Below are positions 1 through 9,502 of a stretch of DNA of 64,000 bases, piece after piece. A program made the position numbers and the translations under genes. The notes beneath the pieces are model-generated. The model was not told the origin of the DNA. It was given only the letters and a program-made list of their open reading frames with translations, and did not search any database. Position 1 is the first letter of the stretch, and every line of letters begins with the position of its first letter. This DNA comes from an uncultured delta proteobacterium (GTDB lineage Bacteria > Myxococcota > Myxococcia > Myxococcales > Anaeromyxobacteraceae): assembly GCA_963828255.1 (NCBI GenBank), contig CAWHDZ010000034.1, positions 1-64,000 of the forward strand, in the 5' to 3' direction.

Positions 1-33
1 GAGCGTCTCGAAGCGGGGCGGTCGGTCGGACAT
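1..33 (-). CDS. 5' end (first 11 codons) of a cystathionine gamma-lyase/synthase paralogue, running off the left edge
   Basis: Reverse complement reads ATG TCC GAC CGA CCG CCC CGC TTC GAG ACG CTC = MSDRPPRFETL, matching the N-terminus MPDQPPRFETL of the gene at 22568; GAGG upstream. Not in the ORF track. Confidence 0.7.
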   Translation of the reverse strand, partial: MSDRPPRFETL

Positions 34-132
34 GGGGTACCTCGAGCAGGACATTACCCCAAGGGCGCCGGCGTGACCCGGGTCGGGAGCGCCGGTTGTC
101 CGGCGCGGGCGCTTTCGCTAGGTTGACCAGCC

Positions 133-1461
133 ATGCCCCTCCATCCAGCACTCGCCGCCGCGACCGGCGGTCGCCTCGGAGAGGCCCTGGCTCTCTGGAG
201 CGTGGCCCCCTTCGCCCTCATGCTCCTCGGCATCGCCGTGCTGCCGCTCGTGGCGGGACACCTGTGGGAGCACAACCGCAACAAGGCCATCCTGAGCGCG
301 GTGCTCGGACTTCCCGTCGCGGTCTGGATGTGGACCCTGGACGCATCCGCCGTCGGCCATGTCGTCCACGAGTACGTCGCCTTCCTCCTCCTCCTCGGAT
401 CGCTCTACGTCATCGCCGGAGGCATCGTGATCCGGGGAACGCTGTCCGGGACCCCCGGCCTCAACACCGCCCTGCTCGCACTCGGCGCCATCCTCGCCTC
501 GATCGTGGGGACCACCGGCGCCTCGATGCTGCTCATCCGTCCGCTCCTGAGGGCCAACTCCGTCCGCAAGGCGAAGGCCCACGTGGTGGTGTTCTTCATC
601 TTCGTGGTGAGCAACACCGGAGGTCTCCTCACGCCGCTGGGGGACCCGCCCCTGTTCCTCGGATTCCTCCGCGGCGTGCCCTTCCTCTGGACCCTCCGGC
701 TCGTTCCCCAGTGGATCTTCGTGAACGTGCTGCTGCTCGTGGTCTTCCACGTCTTCGACTCCACCATCTTTCGGCGGGAGGACCTGGCGACACCCGGCGA
801 CCTGGACGAGGTGGCGGTGGGCCACCGGGTCCCGCTGCACGTGGTGGGGCTGCCGAACTTCCTCTACCTCGGCGGGGTGATCGCAGTCCTGGTCGCGAGC
901 GGATCGGCGCACCTCCCGGTCGGGGTGCAGGAGGCGGGGATGCTCTGCATGGTTGCGCTCTCCTGGTTCACGACGCCCCGGCCCCTTCGCCGGGAGAACG
1001 GCTTCACCTGGGCGCCCATCGTGGAGGTGGCGGTCCTCTTCGCCGGAATCTTCGCCACCATGATGCCGGCGCTCGCCATCCTGAACGCCCGGGGCGGAGA
1101 GCTCGGGCTCACCCAGCCGTGGCAGCTCTTCTGGGCGAGCGGCCTGCTCTCGTCGTTCCTCGACAATGCCCCCACGTACCTGACGTTCGCCTCCACGGCC
1201 AGTGCGCTCGCGGGGACCTCCGCCGCCAATCTCTCCGGGCTCATCTCGACGGAGAACGGCGCCCGGATGCTCGCGGCCGTGTCGCTCGGGTCGGTGCTCA
1301 TGGGCGCCAACACCTACATCGGGAACGGCCCCAACTTCATGGTGAAGGCCATCGCCGAGCAGGACGGCGTTCGCATGCCGGGGTTCTTCGGCTACATGGC
1401 CTACAGCGGGGCGATCCTCCTGCCCGTCTTCGTCGCGCTGACCTTCGTCTTCCTCAGGTAG
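133..1461 (+). CDS. IT-superfamily (NhaD/CitMHS-like) sodium:proton antiporter or anion permease, copy 1
   Basis: Highly hydrophobic 442 aa; motifs GGLLTPLGDPP, SSFLDNAPTY, GANTYIGNGPNFMVK. Confidence 0.85.
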   Translation: MPLHPALAAATGGRLGEALALWSVAPFALMLLGIAVLPLVAGHLWEHNRNKAILSAVLGLPVAVWMWTLDASAVGHVVHEYVAFLLLLGSLYVIAGGIVIRGTLSGTPGLNTALLALGAILASIVGTTGASMLLIRPLLRANSVRKAKAHVVVFFIFVVSNTGGLLTPLGDPPLFLGFLRGVPFLWTLRLVPQWIFVNVLLLVVFHVFDSTIFRREDLATPGDLDEVAVGHRVPLHVVGLPNFLYLGGVIAVLVASGSAHLPVGVQEAGMLCMVALSWFTTPRPLRRENGFTWAPIVEVAVLFAGIFATMMPALAILNARGGELGLTQPWQLFWASGLLSSFLDNAPTYLTFASTASALAGTSAANLSGLISTENGARMLAAVSLGSVLMGANTYIGNGPNFMVKAIAEQDGVRMPGFFGYMAYSGAILLPVFVALTFVFLR

Positions 1462-2254
1462 GCACGACCGCCACCGCCACGGGCGCCGAGGCGGCGAGCT
1501 CGGAGCCGATGCTGGCGTGCAGCCGCCGATCGATCCCGGAGAGCATGCGCGACCCGGTCACCAGGACCGGCGCCTCCAGCTCCCTGGCGAGCAGGGGAGC
1601 AGTGGTGAGGACCGGTCCCTCGACGACCTGCAACCGGTCGGCGCGGACGCCGGTCGAGGCCATCCACGCCTCGAGCGCCGGATGACCCTCCGGAGGCCGC
1701 TCCTCGCCGTGGGCGACGACGAGCTCTCGCCCGAGCCAGGTGGCCAGGCGGCGAGCGAACCGGACCGCCTCGACCGAGTCGTCACCGAGGCTGGAGAGGG
1801 CCAGGACCGGGCCGCCCCCGACGGCCTCCGGGGTCAGGTCGTGCGGGGCGACGATCACCGGACCGGCGAGCTCCTGGAGCGAAAGGCGGGCGATCCGTCC
1901 GAGCCGCCCCAGCCCCGCGCCATCCATCCCGGCGTGCCTGCCGACGACGATGGCGTCGGCGGCCAGCCGCGCCGCTGCGGCCGCAAGCCCGTCGGACGCC
2001 TCGATGGCCTGGACGATCTCCACCGGCGTGTCGAGCCGGTGGCGGGCCAGGGTTTCCTCGGTGACCCTTCGAGCCTCCGCCGTCACCTCGTCGAGGTGGT
2101 GGAGCCGCAGCACGACACGAAGGTGCTCGGCCTCGAGGACGTGCACCGCCACGAGGTCGCCGATGCCCGGGCGGGCCTGCGCCGCGGCCCAGGCGGCGAG
2201 CCCGAGCGCCCCGTGCCATCCCTCTCCGACATCGACGCCGACGACCCACCGCAT
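1454..2254 (-). CDS. Tandem universal stress protein (USP) domain protein, copy 1
   Basis: N-terminal VVGVD, HV motif, ADAIVVG, C-terminal GSELAASAPVAVAVVP; GGGAGG RBS. Confidence 0.8.
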   Translation of the reverse strand: MRWVVGVDVGEGWHGALGLAAWAAAQARPGIGDLVAVHVLEAEHLRVVLRLHHLDEVTAEARRVTEETLARHRLDTPVEIVQAIEASDGLAAAAARLAADAIVVGRHAGMDGAGLGRLGRIARLSLQELAGPVIVAPHDLTPEAVGGGPVLALSSLGDDSVEAVRFARRLATWLGRELVVAHGEERPPEGHPALEAWMASTGVRADRLQVVEGPVLTTAPLLARELEAPVLVTGSRMLSGIDRRLHASIGSELAASAPVAVAVVPT

Positions 2255-2287
2255 CCGGCACCTCCCGGGCGATCCCGCGATCCAGGA

Positions 2288-3667
2288 CTACTTCATCCTC
2301 TCCCCGAGGTACTCGATGAGATCGATCTTGGTGAGGATCCCGGTGACCTTCTCTCCCTCCTTCACCACCGCTACGTTGTCGTCGTTGAAGATGGCGCGGA
2401 GACGGCCAATGGGGGTGTCGAGCGTGACCACACCCTGGAGGGGCTGCACCAGCGGCTCCACCACCTCGGTGAGCCGGTGCTTCCCCTCGATGAGGAAGTT
2501 GAGCAGGTCGTACTCGTGGATCATGCCCACCGTGCGCCCGTCGTCGTCCACGACCGGCATCTGCGAGATGTCGTTCGAGCGCATGAGCTTCACCACCGCC
2601 TCGACCTTGTCGGTGCGCCTGGCGTGGACCACCCCGCCGCGCCGGTTGCCCAGCACGTCCGCGACCGTGGCGCCGGCCACCGAGTCGCCGCTCTCCACCG
2701 GGAAGCCGTTGTCGCGCATCCACTCGTCGGAGAAGAACTTGGAGATGTAGGCGCGGCCGGTGTCGGGCAGCGGGACCACGATCACCTTGCCCGGCCCCAT
2801 CTCGCGGGCCAGCTGGGCAGCCACGTGGACCGCGGCCCCCGAGCTTCCGCCTGCGAAGATCCCCTCCTCGCGGGCCAGCCGCCGGGCCATCGAGAAGGCC
2901 TGGGCGTCGTTCACCTGGCGGACGTCGTCGAGGACGGCGAGGTCCATGGCCCCGCACATCATGTCCTCGCCGATTCCCTCCACCTTGTAGACGCGGGGCT
3001 CGGACAGCTTCCCGGTCTTCCACATCGAGTGGTAGACCGAGCCCACCGGGTCCACGCCCACGTTGCGGATCCGCGCGTCCTTCTCCTTGAAGAAGCGGCC
3101 GCAGCCGGACATGGTGCCGCCCGTTCCGATGCCGGCAACGAAGGCGTCGAACCTGCCGCCGGTCTGCTCCCAGATCTCCGGGGCAGTGGACAGGTAGTGG
3201 GCCTCGACGTTGTCGGGGTTGTGGTACTGGTTCACGTAGAAGCTGTTGGGCGTCTCGGCGGCGATGCGCTTGGCCACCGAGTAGTAGCTCTCCGGCGAGT
3301 CGGCCGGGACGTTGGTGGGGGTGACCACCACCTGGGCGCCGAAGGCCTTGAGCGCGTCCTGCTTCTCCTTCGACATCTTGTCCGGCATGGTGAAGATGCA
3401 GCGGTACCCCTTGACGGCGGCGGCCACGGCCAGCGCCACCCCGGTGTTGCCGCTGGTGTTCTCGACGATGGTCCCGCCCTTGCGGAGGAGCCCCGCCTTC
3501 TCGGCCTTCTCGAGGATGTGGATGGCCATGCGGTCCTTGATGGAGCCGCCCGGATTCATGTACTCGAGCTTGACGAGAACGGTGGCGGCGCCCGCGGGCA
3601 CGACCTTCCCGAGCTTCACGAGAGGCGTGTGGCCGATTGCGGACAGGACGTCGGCGTGGAATGCCAT
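2288..3667 (-). CDS. Cystathionine beta-synthase / cysteine synthase family PLP enzyme with C-terminal CBS pair
   Basis: IGHTPLV, NPGGSIKDR (PLP Lys), TSGNTG, GIGTGGT, VEGIG, then a CBS pair. Start moved to MAFHADV directly after a -35/-10 promoter. Confidence 0.9.
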   Translation of the reverse strand: MAFHADVLSAIGHTPLVKLGKVVPAGAATVLVKLEYMNPGGSIKDRMAIHILEKAEKAGLLRKGGTIVENTSGNTGVALAVAAAVKGYRCIFTMPDKMSKEKQDALKAFGAQVVVTPTNVPADSPESYYSVAKRIAAETPNSFYVNQYHNPDNVEAHYLSTAPEIWEQTGGRFDAFVAGIGTGGTMSGCGRFFKEKDARIRNVGVDPVGSVYHSMWKTGKLSEPRVYKVEGIGEDMMCGAMDLAVLDDVRQVNDAQAFSMARRLAREEGIFAGGSSGAAVHVAAQLAREMGPGKVIVVPLPDTGRAYISKFFSDEWMRDNGFPVESGDSVAGATVADVLGNRRGGVVHARRTDKVEAVVKLMRSNDISQMPVVDDDGRTVGMIHEYDLLNFLIEGKHRLTEVVEPLVQPLQGVVTLDTPIGRLRAIFNDDNVAVVKEGEKVTGILTKIDLIEYLGERMK

Positions 3668-3673
3668 GCGGCG

Positions 3674-3703
3674 CTTATAGGACCCGTCCAGACGGGGTGT
3701 CAA
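3674..3703 (-). promoter_or_regulatory. Sigma70-type promoter TTGACA-18nt-TATAAG, 6 nt before the ATG (leaderless-type)
   Basis: Minus strand: gttgacaccccgtctggacgggtcctataagcgccgcATG. Confidence 0.65.
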
Positions 3704-3737
3704 CGCGCCGCGCCGGCGGGCCGGCGGGGAGGAGCGG

Positions 3738-4790
3738 GTGGTGACGGAAAGCGTCGAGGAGGTGACTGCGAGGGTGCGCGGGGCGGTCTCCCGGACGACG
3801 GGGCGGGACGCCTCGGCGTGGCCTGTGCGCAGGCTGGCCGGGCACGCCTCGATGCGGAGCTACTGGCGGGTGGGCCTGGCCCCTGACTCCCGGGTGGTGA
3901 TGGTGATGCCCGAGGACTCCCGGCCCGAGGAGGCCACCAGCGGCGGGCCGCCTCCCGAGGACCCGTTCGTCAACGTGCAGCGCTACCTGTCGAGGGTGGG
4001 GGTGCGGGTGCCGGCCATCCACGCCTTCCTCGAGGCCGAGCGGCTCATGGTCCTCGAGGACCTGGGCGACGAGATGCTGGAGACGCGGCTGCTGGCCGGC
4101 GACCCGGCCGGGCCGCTCTACGATCGGGCGGTGGACCAGCTGGCGCTCCTGCGAGCCCGGGCCGAGCGGGACCCGGACCCCTCCTGCCTGGCCTTCGGGC
4201 GCAGCTTCGACCGGGACCTCTACCGGTGGGAGCTCGACCACTTCCGGGAGTGGCTGCTCGAGGCATGGAAGGGGGCGGTGCTCTCGCCGTCGGAGCGCCC
4301 CGAGGTGGACAGGATCTTCGACGACCTGGCCGGGCAGCTCGCCGCCGAGCCGACAGGGTTCACCCATCGTGACTACCAGTCCCGCAATCTCATGGTCCTG
4401 CCCGGCGGCGAGCAGGCCGTCATCGACTTCCAGGACGCGCTGCTCGCCCCACGCCAGTACGACCTGGTGGCGCTGCTCCGCGACAGCTACGTGGAGCTGC
4501 CGCCCGAGCTGGTGGAACGGATGCTGGCGCGCTACCTGTCCCGGCTCGAGGCCGAGGGTGGACCCCGCCTCGACCCGGCCGCCTTCCGGGCCACCTTCGA
4601 CCTGCTCACCGTGCAGCGGAAGCTCAAGGACGCCGGGCGCTTCGTCTTCATCGACCGCGTGCGCGGCAACCCGGGATTCCTGCCGTCCATCCCGGCGTCG
4701 CTCCGGTACGTGCGTGAGGCGCTGGCGCGGCGGCCGGAGCTCTCGACCCTCCACGAGATCCTCGCGCGCCACGTGCCGGAACTCGGCTGA
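3738..4790 (+). CDS. APH/ChoK-family phosphotransferase, AmgK-like anomeric MurNAc/GlcNAc kinase
   Basis: LAGHASMRSYWR, LEDLGD, HRDYQSRNLM, IDFQDA, YDLVALLRDSY, QRKLKDAGRF. Confidence 0.8.
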   Translation: MVTESVEEVTARVRGAVSRTTGRDASAWPVRRLAGHASMRSYWRVGLAPDSRVVMVMPEDSRPEEATSGGPPPEDPFVNVQRYLSRVGVRVPAIHAFLEAERLMVLEDLGDEMLETRLLAGDPAGPLYDRAVDQLALLRARAERDPDPSCLAFGRSFDRDLYRWELDHFREWLLEAWKGAVLSPSERPEVDRIFDDLAGQLAAEPTGFTHRDYQSRNLMVLPGGEQAVIDFQDALLAPRQYDLVALLRDSYVELPPELVERMLARYLSRLEAEGGPRLDPAAFRATFDLLTVQRKLKDAGRFVFIDRVRGNPGFLPSIPASLRYVREALARRPELSTLHEILARHVPELG

Positions 4791-4876
4791 AGGCCCTCGC
4801 CGCGGGACTCCGTTCGCGGTGCCGGCGGGGTCCGGGCCGTCCCAGCCGGCCTGCTGGAACGAAGGCGATCCGCCAA

Positions 4877-6415
4877 CTACTCAGCGCCGACTCCGAGGTA
4901 CGTCCGAACCTTCTCCTCCTCGAACTTTCGCTGTGCCTCCGGCTCCGGGGTGAGCAGCGAGACGATGATGCCCACCGCGAAGGCCAGCGACATCGAGAAG
5001 ATGGCCGGCTGCTTCAAGGGGACGATGGCCTGCTCGAACTTGAAGATCGACACCCAGACCGTGGGGGAGAGGACGATCATGGTGAGCGAGCTGCTGGCCC
5101 CGGCCAGGATGGACCAGACGGCTCCCTGGGTCGTGAAGCGCTTCCAGGTGATGGACATGAGCAGGGCCGGGAAGTTGGCGCTGGCGGCGATGGCGAAGGC
5201 CAGGCCCACCATGAAGGCCACGTTCTGCCCCTTGAAGGCGATGCCCAGGCCGATGGCGCAGATGCCGAAGGCGATGGTGGCGATGCGGGCGACCTTGAGC
5301 TGGTCCTCCTCGCTGGCGCGCCCCTTCTTGATGACGCTCACGTAGATGTCGTGGGAGAAGGCCGAGGCTCCGGCCAGCGTGAGGCCGGCCACCACCGCGA
5401 GGATGGTGGCGAACGCCACCGCCGAGATGAAGCCCAGGAAGGCCTGCCCGCCCAGGAGCTCGCCGAGGAGCGGCGCCGCCATGTTGCCGCCGGGGGCGAT
5501 CTTGGTGACGACGTCTCGCCCCACCAGCACCGCGGCGCCGAAGCCCACGATGGGAATGATGACGTAGAAGTAGCCGATGAGGCCCGTGGCGTAGAGCACC
5601 GACTTCCGGGCCGCCTTGGCGTCGGGAACCGTGTAGAAGCGCATGAGGATGTGGGGGAGCCCGAGGAGGCCGAACATGAGGGCGAGGCCCAGGGAGACCG
5701 CCTCGAGAGGACTCGAGACGAAGCCGCCCGGCTGCAGCGCAGCCTGTCCGTACTTGGCCGAGACGGCGCCGTAGAGGTTTCCTGGGCTCCAGTCGAACTT
5801 GGACATCACCAGCCCGGTGAGGACGGTCACACCGATGAGGAGCAGCACGGCCTTGATGATCTGCACCCAGGTGGTGGCCAGCATGCCTCCGAAGAGCACG
5901 TAGGCCAGCATGACGGTGCCCACGATGATCTCGGCCCACTCGTAGGGGATTCCGAACATGAGGTTGATGAGCTGCCCGGAGCCGACCATCTGGGCGATGG
6001 TGTAGAAGAGGACGGTCAGGATCCCGCCCACCGCCGCGGCGATGCGTACCGGACGCTGCTGGAGCCGGAAGGCGACCACGTCGGCGAAGGTGAACTTGCC
6101 CAGGTTCCGGAGCGGCTCGGCGACGAGGAACATGAGCGCAGGCCACCCGACCAGCCAGCCCGTCGCGTAGATCATGCCGTCGTAGCCCTGCAGGGCCACC
6201 ATGCCGGAGATGCCCAGGAAGGAGGCGGCCGACATGTAGTCGCCGGCGAGCGCGAACCCGTTCTGGAGGGCCGAGACCGAGCGCCCCGCCGCGTAGAACT
6301 CGGAGGAGGTCTTGGTGCGCCGCGCCGCCCAGTAGGTCACCACGAGCGTGAGCGCGACGATCAGGAAGAAGAAGGCAATGGACGAAGCGGTGGGTGAACC
6401 GAGGGAACTCTGCAT
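4877..6415 (-). CDS. actP: Cation/acetate symporter ActP (SLC5/SSS family)
   Basis: NGFALAGDYMSAASFLG, LRNLGKFTFADV, GGMLATTWVQIIKA, GLPHILMRFYTV, AFATILAVVAGL; directly downstream of a DUF485 gene. Confidence 0.88.
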   Translation of the reverse strand: MQSSLGSPTASSIAFFFLIVALTLVVTYWAARRTKTSSEFYAAGRSVSALQNGFALAGDYMSAASFLGISGMVALQGYDGMIYATGWLVGWPALMFLVAEPLRNLGKFTFADVVAFRLQQRPVRIAAAVGGILTVLFYTIAQMVGSGQLINLMFGIPYEWAEIIVGTVMLAYVLFGGMLATTWVQIIKAVLLLIGVTVLTGLVMSKFDWSPGNLYGAVSAKYGQAALQPGGFVSSPLEAVSLGLALMFGLLGLPHILMRFYTVPDAKAARKSVLYATGLIGYFYVIIPIVGFGAAVLVGRDVVTKIAPGGNMAAPLLGELLGGQAFLGFISAVAFATILAVVAGLTLAGASAFSHDIYVSVIKKGRASEEDQLKVARIATIAFGICAIGLGIAFKGQNVAFMVGLAFAIAASANFPALLMSITWKRFTTQGAVWSILAGASSSLTMIVLSPTVWVSIFKFEQAIVPLKQPAIFSMSLAFAVGIIVSLLTPEPEAQRKFEEEKVRTYLGVGAE

Positions 6416-6448
6416 GGTGTCGTTCTCCGGCCTGGCGGAAAGCGCCGG

Positions 6449-6820
6449 CTAGTGACGGATCTCGTTGCGGAGGCGCTCGACCTCGGGATCGTAGGACCGG
6501 TTGGCCCAGGCGACGTACACGGCGGTGAGGACCCAGGCGAAGACGATGACCGCGATGCCCAGGGGGATGGCGAGCGTCGTGGCCCCGTCGATCTTCCGGG
6601 AGACGAACTCCTTGTCGCCGGCCACCACCAGGACGTACCCGTAGTAACTGACGAAGAGAAGGGCGAGCATCCCCATGCTCACCCACCAGCGCCGCTTCAC
6701 AAGCGCCTTGAACTCCGGCGAGGCGACCACGTCGGCTGCCGAGCGGCTGGCGCGGCCCTGACGGACCGGGCTGGCTGCTGGGTTCACTGCGGGTACTGCT
6801 GCCGTTGTGCCCTTTTTCAT
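6449..6820 (-). CDS. DUF485 (YjcH-like) small membrane partner of ActP
   Basis: SPEFKALVKRR, two TM helices, YVAWANRSYD; GGAGG RBS before MKKGTT; yjcH-actP gene order. Confidence 0.85.
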   Translation of the reverse strand: MKKGTTAAVPAVNPAASPVRQGRASRSAADVVASPEFKALVKRRWWVSMGMLALLFVSYYGYVLVVAGDKEFVSRKIDGATTLAIPLGIAVIVFAWVLTAVYVAWANRSYDPEVERLRNEIRH

Positions 6821-7014
6821 GACGACCTCCGGTTCCGGGTGCATGCCTTTAGCAAGCTTCGCCGGCTCCGTGAAGCGCTGAATTCGCGCGCCTGGAGCGC
6901 AAATCCCGACGTACCCCGGGGGGGGTGGCCAGCAGGGCCCTACGCAGACGGTGCGTGCACTTTGTGCACCGGGACGCTTTCCCCACGGACCTTCCAGGGG
7001 AGGCTGCGACTGGC

Positions 7015-7030
7015 ATTGACGACCGTCAAT
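7015..7030. promoter_or_regulatory. Perfect palindrome ATTGAC-GACC-GTCAAT, candidate transcription factor site
   Basis: 6-bp perfect arms with a 4-nt spacer in the intergenic region upstream of DUF485-actP. Confidence 0.5.
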
Positions 7031-7063
7031 CCCGGGAGCCCCGTCGCCCCGTCGCTCCGTCGG

Positions 7064-7666
7064 TCAGCGAAGCTCGCGAAGCGTGCGGGCGCCCAGCTTC
7101 TGGCGGAGGACGAGGAAGAGCTCCGCCGTGGCCACGGCGTCGGTGAGCGCGTCGTGGGCCTGGTAGTCGGGCAGGTCGAGCTCGCGGCGCGCCGCGGAGA
7201 GGTTGAGGGCCGGAAGCTCGTCCGGCATCTCGGGGTGGGCAACCCTGCGTCGCCTCCCGACCTTCACCAGGAGATCCACCGTGTCGACGATCCGGGGTTT
7301 GGGCCACTTCATCCCGTTCTCGGCGAAGGCCCTGCGGAGAAAGGCCACGTCGATGGACCTGTGGTGGACGAGCATCACGCCCTCCTTCAAACGGCGTTCC
7401 ACCTCGGGCAACACCTCCGAGAGAGGCGGCGCCTCGCGGATCTCGCCCCAGACGAGCTGGTGCGCGCGGATCGAGGCCGGATCCACGGCGCGGCCGCCGA
7501 CGGGCTTGACGAGCGTCCGGTAGGCCTCGCCGAGCCGGACGATGCCCTCCCGGATGGGGACCATCCCCACGGCGATCAGGGCGTCGGTCCTCGCGTTGAA
7601 CCCCCCGGTCTCGAGGTCGAGCGCCCAGTAGACGACCGAGTCCCACGGAGGGGAGTGGAAGAACAA
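7064..7666 (-). CDS. DEDDh (DnaQ-like) 3'-5' exonuclease family protein
   Basis: ALDLETGG (ExoI), HHRSID (ExoII), HDALTDA (ExoIII); TTG start abutting the upstream stop. Confidence 0.88.
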   Translation of the reverse strand: MFFHSPPWDSVVYWALDLETGGFNARTDALIAVGMVPIREGIVRLGEAYRTLVKPVGGRAVDPASIRAHQLVWGEIREAPPLSEVLPEVERRLKEGVMLVHHRSIDVAFLRRAFAENGMKWPKPRIVDTVDLLVKVGRRRRVAHPEMPDELPALNLSAARRELDLPDYQAHDALTDAVATAELFLVLRQKLGARTLRELR

Positions 7667-7667
7667 G

Positions 7668-9473
7668 TCAGAACTCCGCCTGGAAGTGGTACCCGGCGAG
7701 ATCCTGCCACTTGCGGATGGCCCGGAAGGAGTCGCGGAGCCGGGTCCGCTCCACGGGATTCAGCGCGGCCAGGGTGATCTCGTTGGTGGTGTCCTTCCCA
7801 TTCGAGAGGTCCCGGAGCTGGAGGTGGAGGCGCAGGGTCACCAGGAACCGGTAGGCCTCGGTGACCGAGATCCAGACCTCCTCCCCCATCAACCCGCCGC
7901 GGAGCGCGGCGTCGAGCCGCTCCAGGGTGTTCCTCCGTTCCGATCCGACCTCCATCGCATAGCACCGGGCCAGCGACACGATGGGGGAGATGCCGTGCTT
8001 CTTCAGATCGACCGTGATGGAGTCGCCCCGCAGGCGGAGAAGCAGGGGAGCCGGTGGGCGCTGCGCCAGGGCCGTCCGCGCCAGGAAGCGCAGGAACGCC
8101 GGCTTCCCCGGAGCGGCCGAGACCGGGACCTGCAACGGCGCCAGGTCGAGGTGGCCGGCCACGCCCCGGAAGTCGAAGAAGATGGCCGATTCCAGCAGGG
8201 CCTGGGGACGCGGCTCGTCGATCCACGTCCGGAAGCGCTCCGCCCACTCCGAGATCGTCCCGAGCCAGTTCCGCGCCATGTATCCGCCCGGGCAGGGCGG
8301 AAAGCCCGCCGTGACCAGGTCGTCGTTGACGCGGGCTGCGAGCTTCTGGAACCACTCCCGGTGGGGTCCGCCCTCGTCCGCGAAGACCAGCGCGTTGTCC
8401 TGGTCGGTGAGGAGCGTCTGCTCCATGCGCCCCTCCGACCCGAAGACCATCCACGCGTAGGGCACCGGCGCCGGGCCCAGGTCGGCGTGGGCCCAGTCGA
8501 GCACCCTCCGCAGCATCGCGTCGTTCAACCGGGCGACGAAGCCGGCGATGATGAGCGCGTCGAGCTTTCCGGAGAGCAGGGCCGCCACCATCTCGGTGAC
8601 CTTCTCCGCATACCCCGGCAGCCCGTCGCGGCTCGCCATCCGCTCCACCCGGCGGAGGACGCCGATCGGCCCCTGCGCGCTGCTCCGCAGCAGGTCGGTG
8701 GAGGTGATGACCCCGGTGACTCTGGAGTCCTGGACGAGCGGCAGGTGGTGCACCCCGGCCTCGAGCAGGAACTCCCAGGCCTGGTAGACCGGCATCGTGT
8801 CCGGCACCGTGATGAGCGGCCGGGAGAACACCTGCGTCACCGGCAGGGAGGGCCCCAGGCCGGCCGCCAGCACGCGGTTCCGGAAATCCCGGTCGGTCAC
8901 GATGCCCGGCGGGTCGGTCCGGACGAGGACCGAGGAGATGCGCTCCCGGCGCATCGCCTCGGCGGCTTCCTGCACCGTGGCGTCGGCCTCGACCCAGATG
9001 ACGGAGTGCCGGCTCAAGTTCAGGACCGGCTGGATCATGTCGGGCGGGAAGGTGGCCACCGGGGACGCGTCGAGGCTGGCCCGGAGACGCTCGGAGAGCC
9101 CCACCGCGAAGTGCCGGGCGAATCGGGCGTCGGCCAGGAGCTCGAGGAAGTCGTGGCCCGGGATCCGGTAGGCGACGAGGTCGTGCTCCACGAGGACGTC
9201 CAGGGAGGCCTCGCCCGTGATGAGCGACGTGTACCCGAAGGTCTCCCCCTCCTCCAGGACCTGGATGGTCTGCCCTTCTCGCTCGAGGCGCACGGCGCCC
9301 TTGCGGATGACGTGGAGGTCCCGGAGCGGCTCGCCGCCCGACCGCGCCAGCCAGATCCCGGCCGGGTGGGCCACCTCGACGACCGCGCGGGTGGCCTTCT
9401 CGAAGGCCTCCCGGGCGAGCCCGTCGAAGGGAGGCGTGGAGCGAAGGAACACGGCCGGATCGGTGGAATCCAT
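7668..9473 (-). CDS. cNMP-binding + CBS pair + DUF294 nucleotidyltransferase + DUF294_C protein, copy A
   Basis: FLRSTPPF, IRKGAV, GETFG, GIVTDRDFRNRV, GSEGRMEQTLLTDQDN, GFPPCPGGYMA, IFFDFR, DLKKHGISP. Start at MDSTDP after GGGAGG. Confidence 0.9.
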   Translation of the reverse strand: MDSTDPAVFLRSTPPFDGLAREAFEKATRAVVEVAHPAGIWLARSGGEPLRDLHVIRKGAVRLEREGQTIQVLEEGETFGYTSLITGEASLDVLVEHDLVAYRIPGHDFLELLADARFARHFAVGLSERLRASLDASPVATFPPDMIQPVLNLSRHSVIWVEADATVQEAAEAMRRERISSVLVRTDPPGIVTDRDFRNRVLAAGLGPSLPVTQVFSRPLITVPDTMPVYQAWEFLLEAGVHHLPLVQDSRVTGVITSTDLLRSSAQGPIGVLRRVERMASRDGLPGYAEKVTEMVAALLSGKLDALIIAGFVARLNDAMLRRVLDWAHADLGPAPVPYAWMVFGSEGRMEQTLLTDQDNALVFADEGGPHREWFQKLAARVNDDLVTAGFPPCPGGYMARNWLGTISEWAERFRTWIDEPRPQALLESAIFFDFRGVAGHLDLAPLQVPVSAAPGKPAFLRFLARTALAQRPPAPLLLRLRGDSITVDLKKHGISPIVSLARCYAMEVGSERRNTLERLDAALRGGLMGEEVWISVTEAYRFLVTLRLHLQLRDLSNGKDTTNEITLAALNPVERTRLRDSFRAIRKWQDLAGYHFQAEF

Positions 9474-9502
9474 CTGCCCTCCCGCGAACGGCTGGCCGGA
9501 CT

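Noticed and set aside
6918..6925. G8 tract upstream of DUF485-actP as a phase-variable promoter
   Set aside because: Short G runs are common at this GC content and no flanking -35/-10 pair could be placed.
7064..7666. Calling the DEDDh gene the replicative proofreader dnaQ
   Set aside because: Short protein coupled to DUF294 genes; no evidence that it is the Pol III epsilon subunit.
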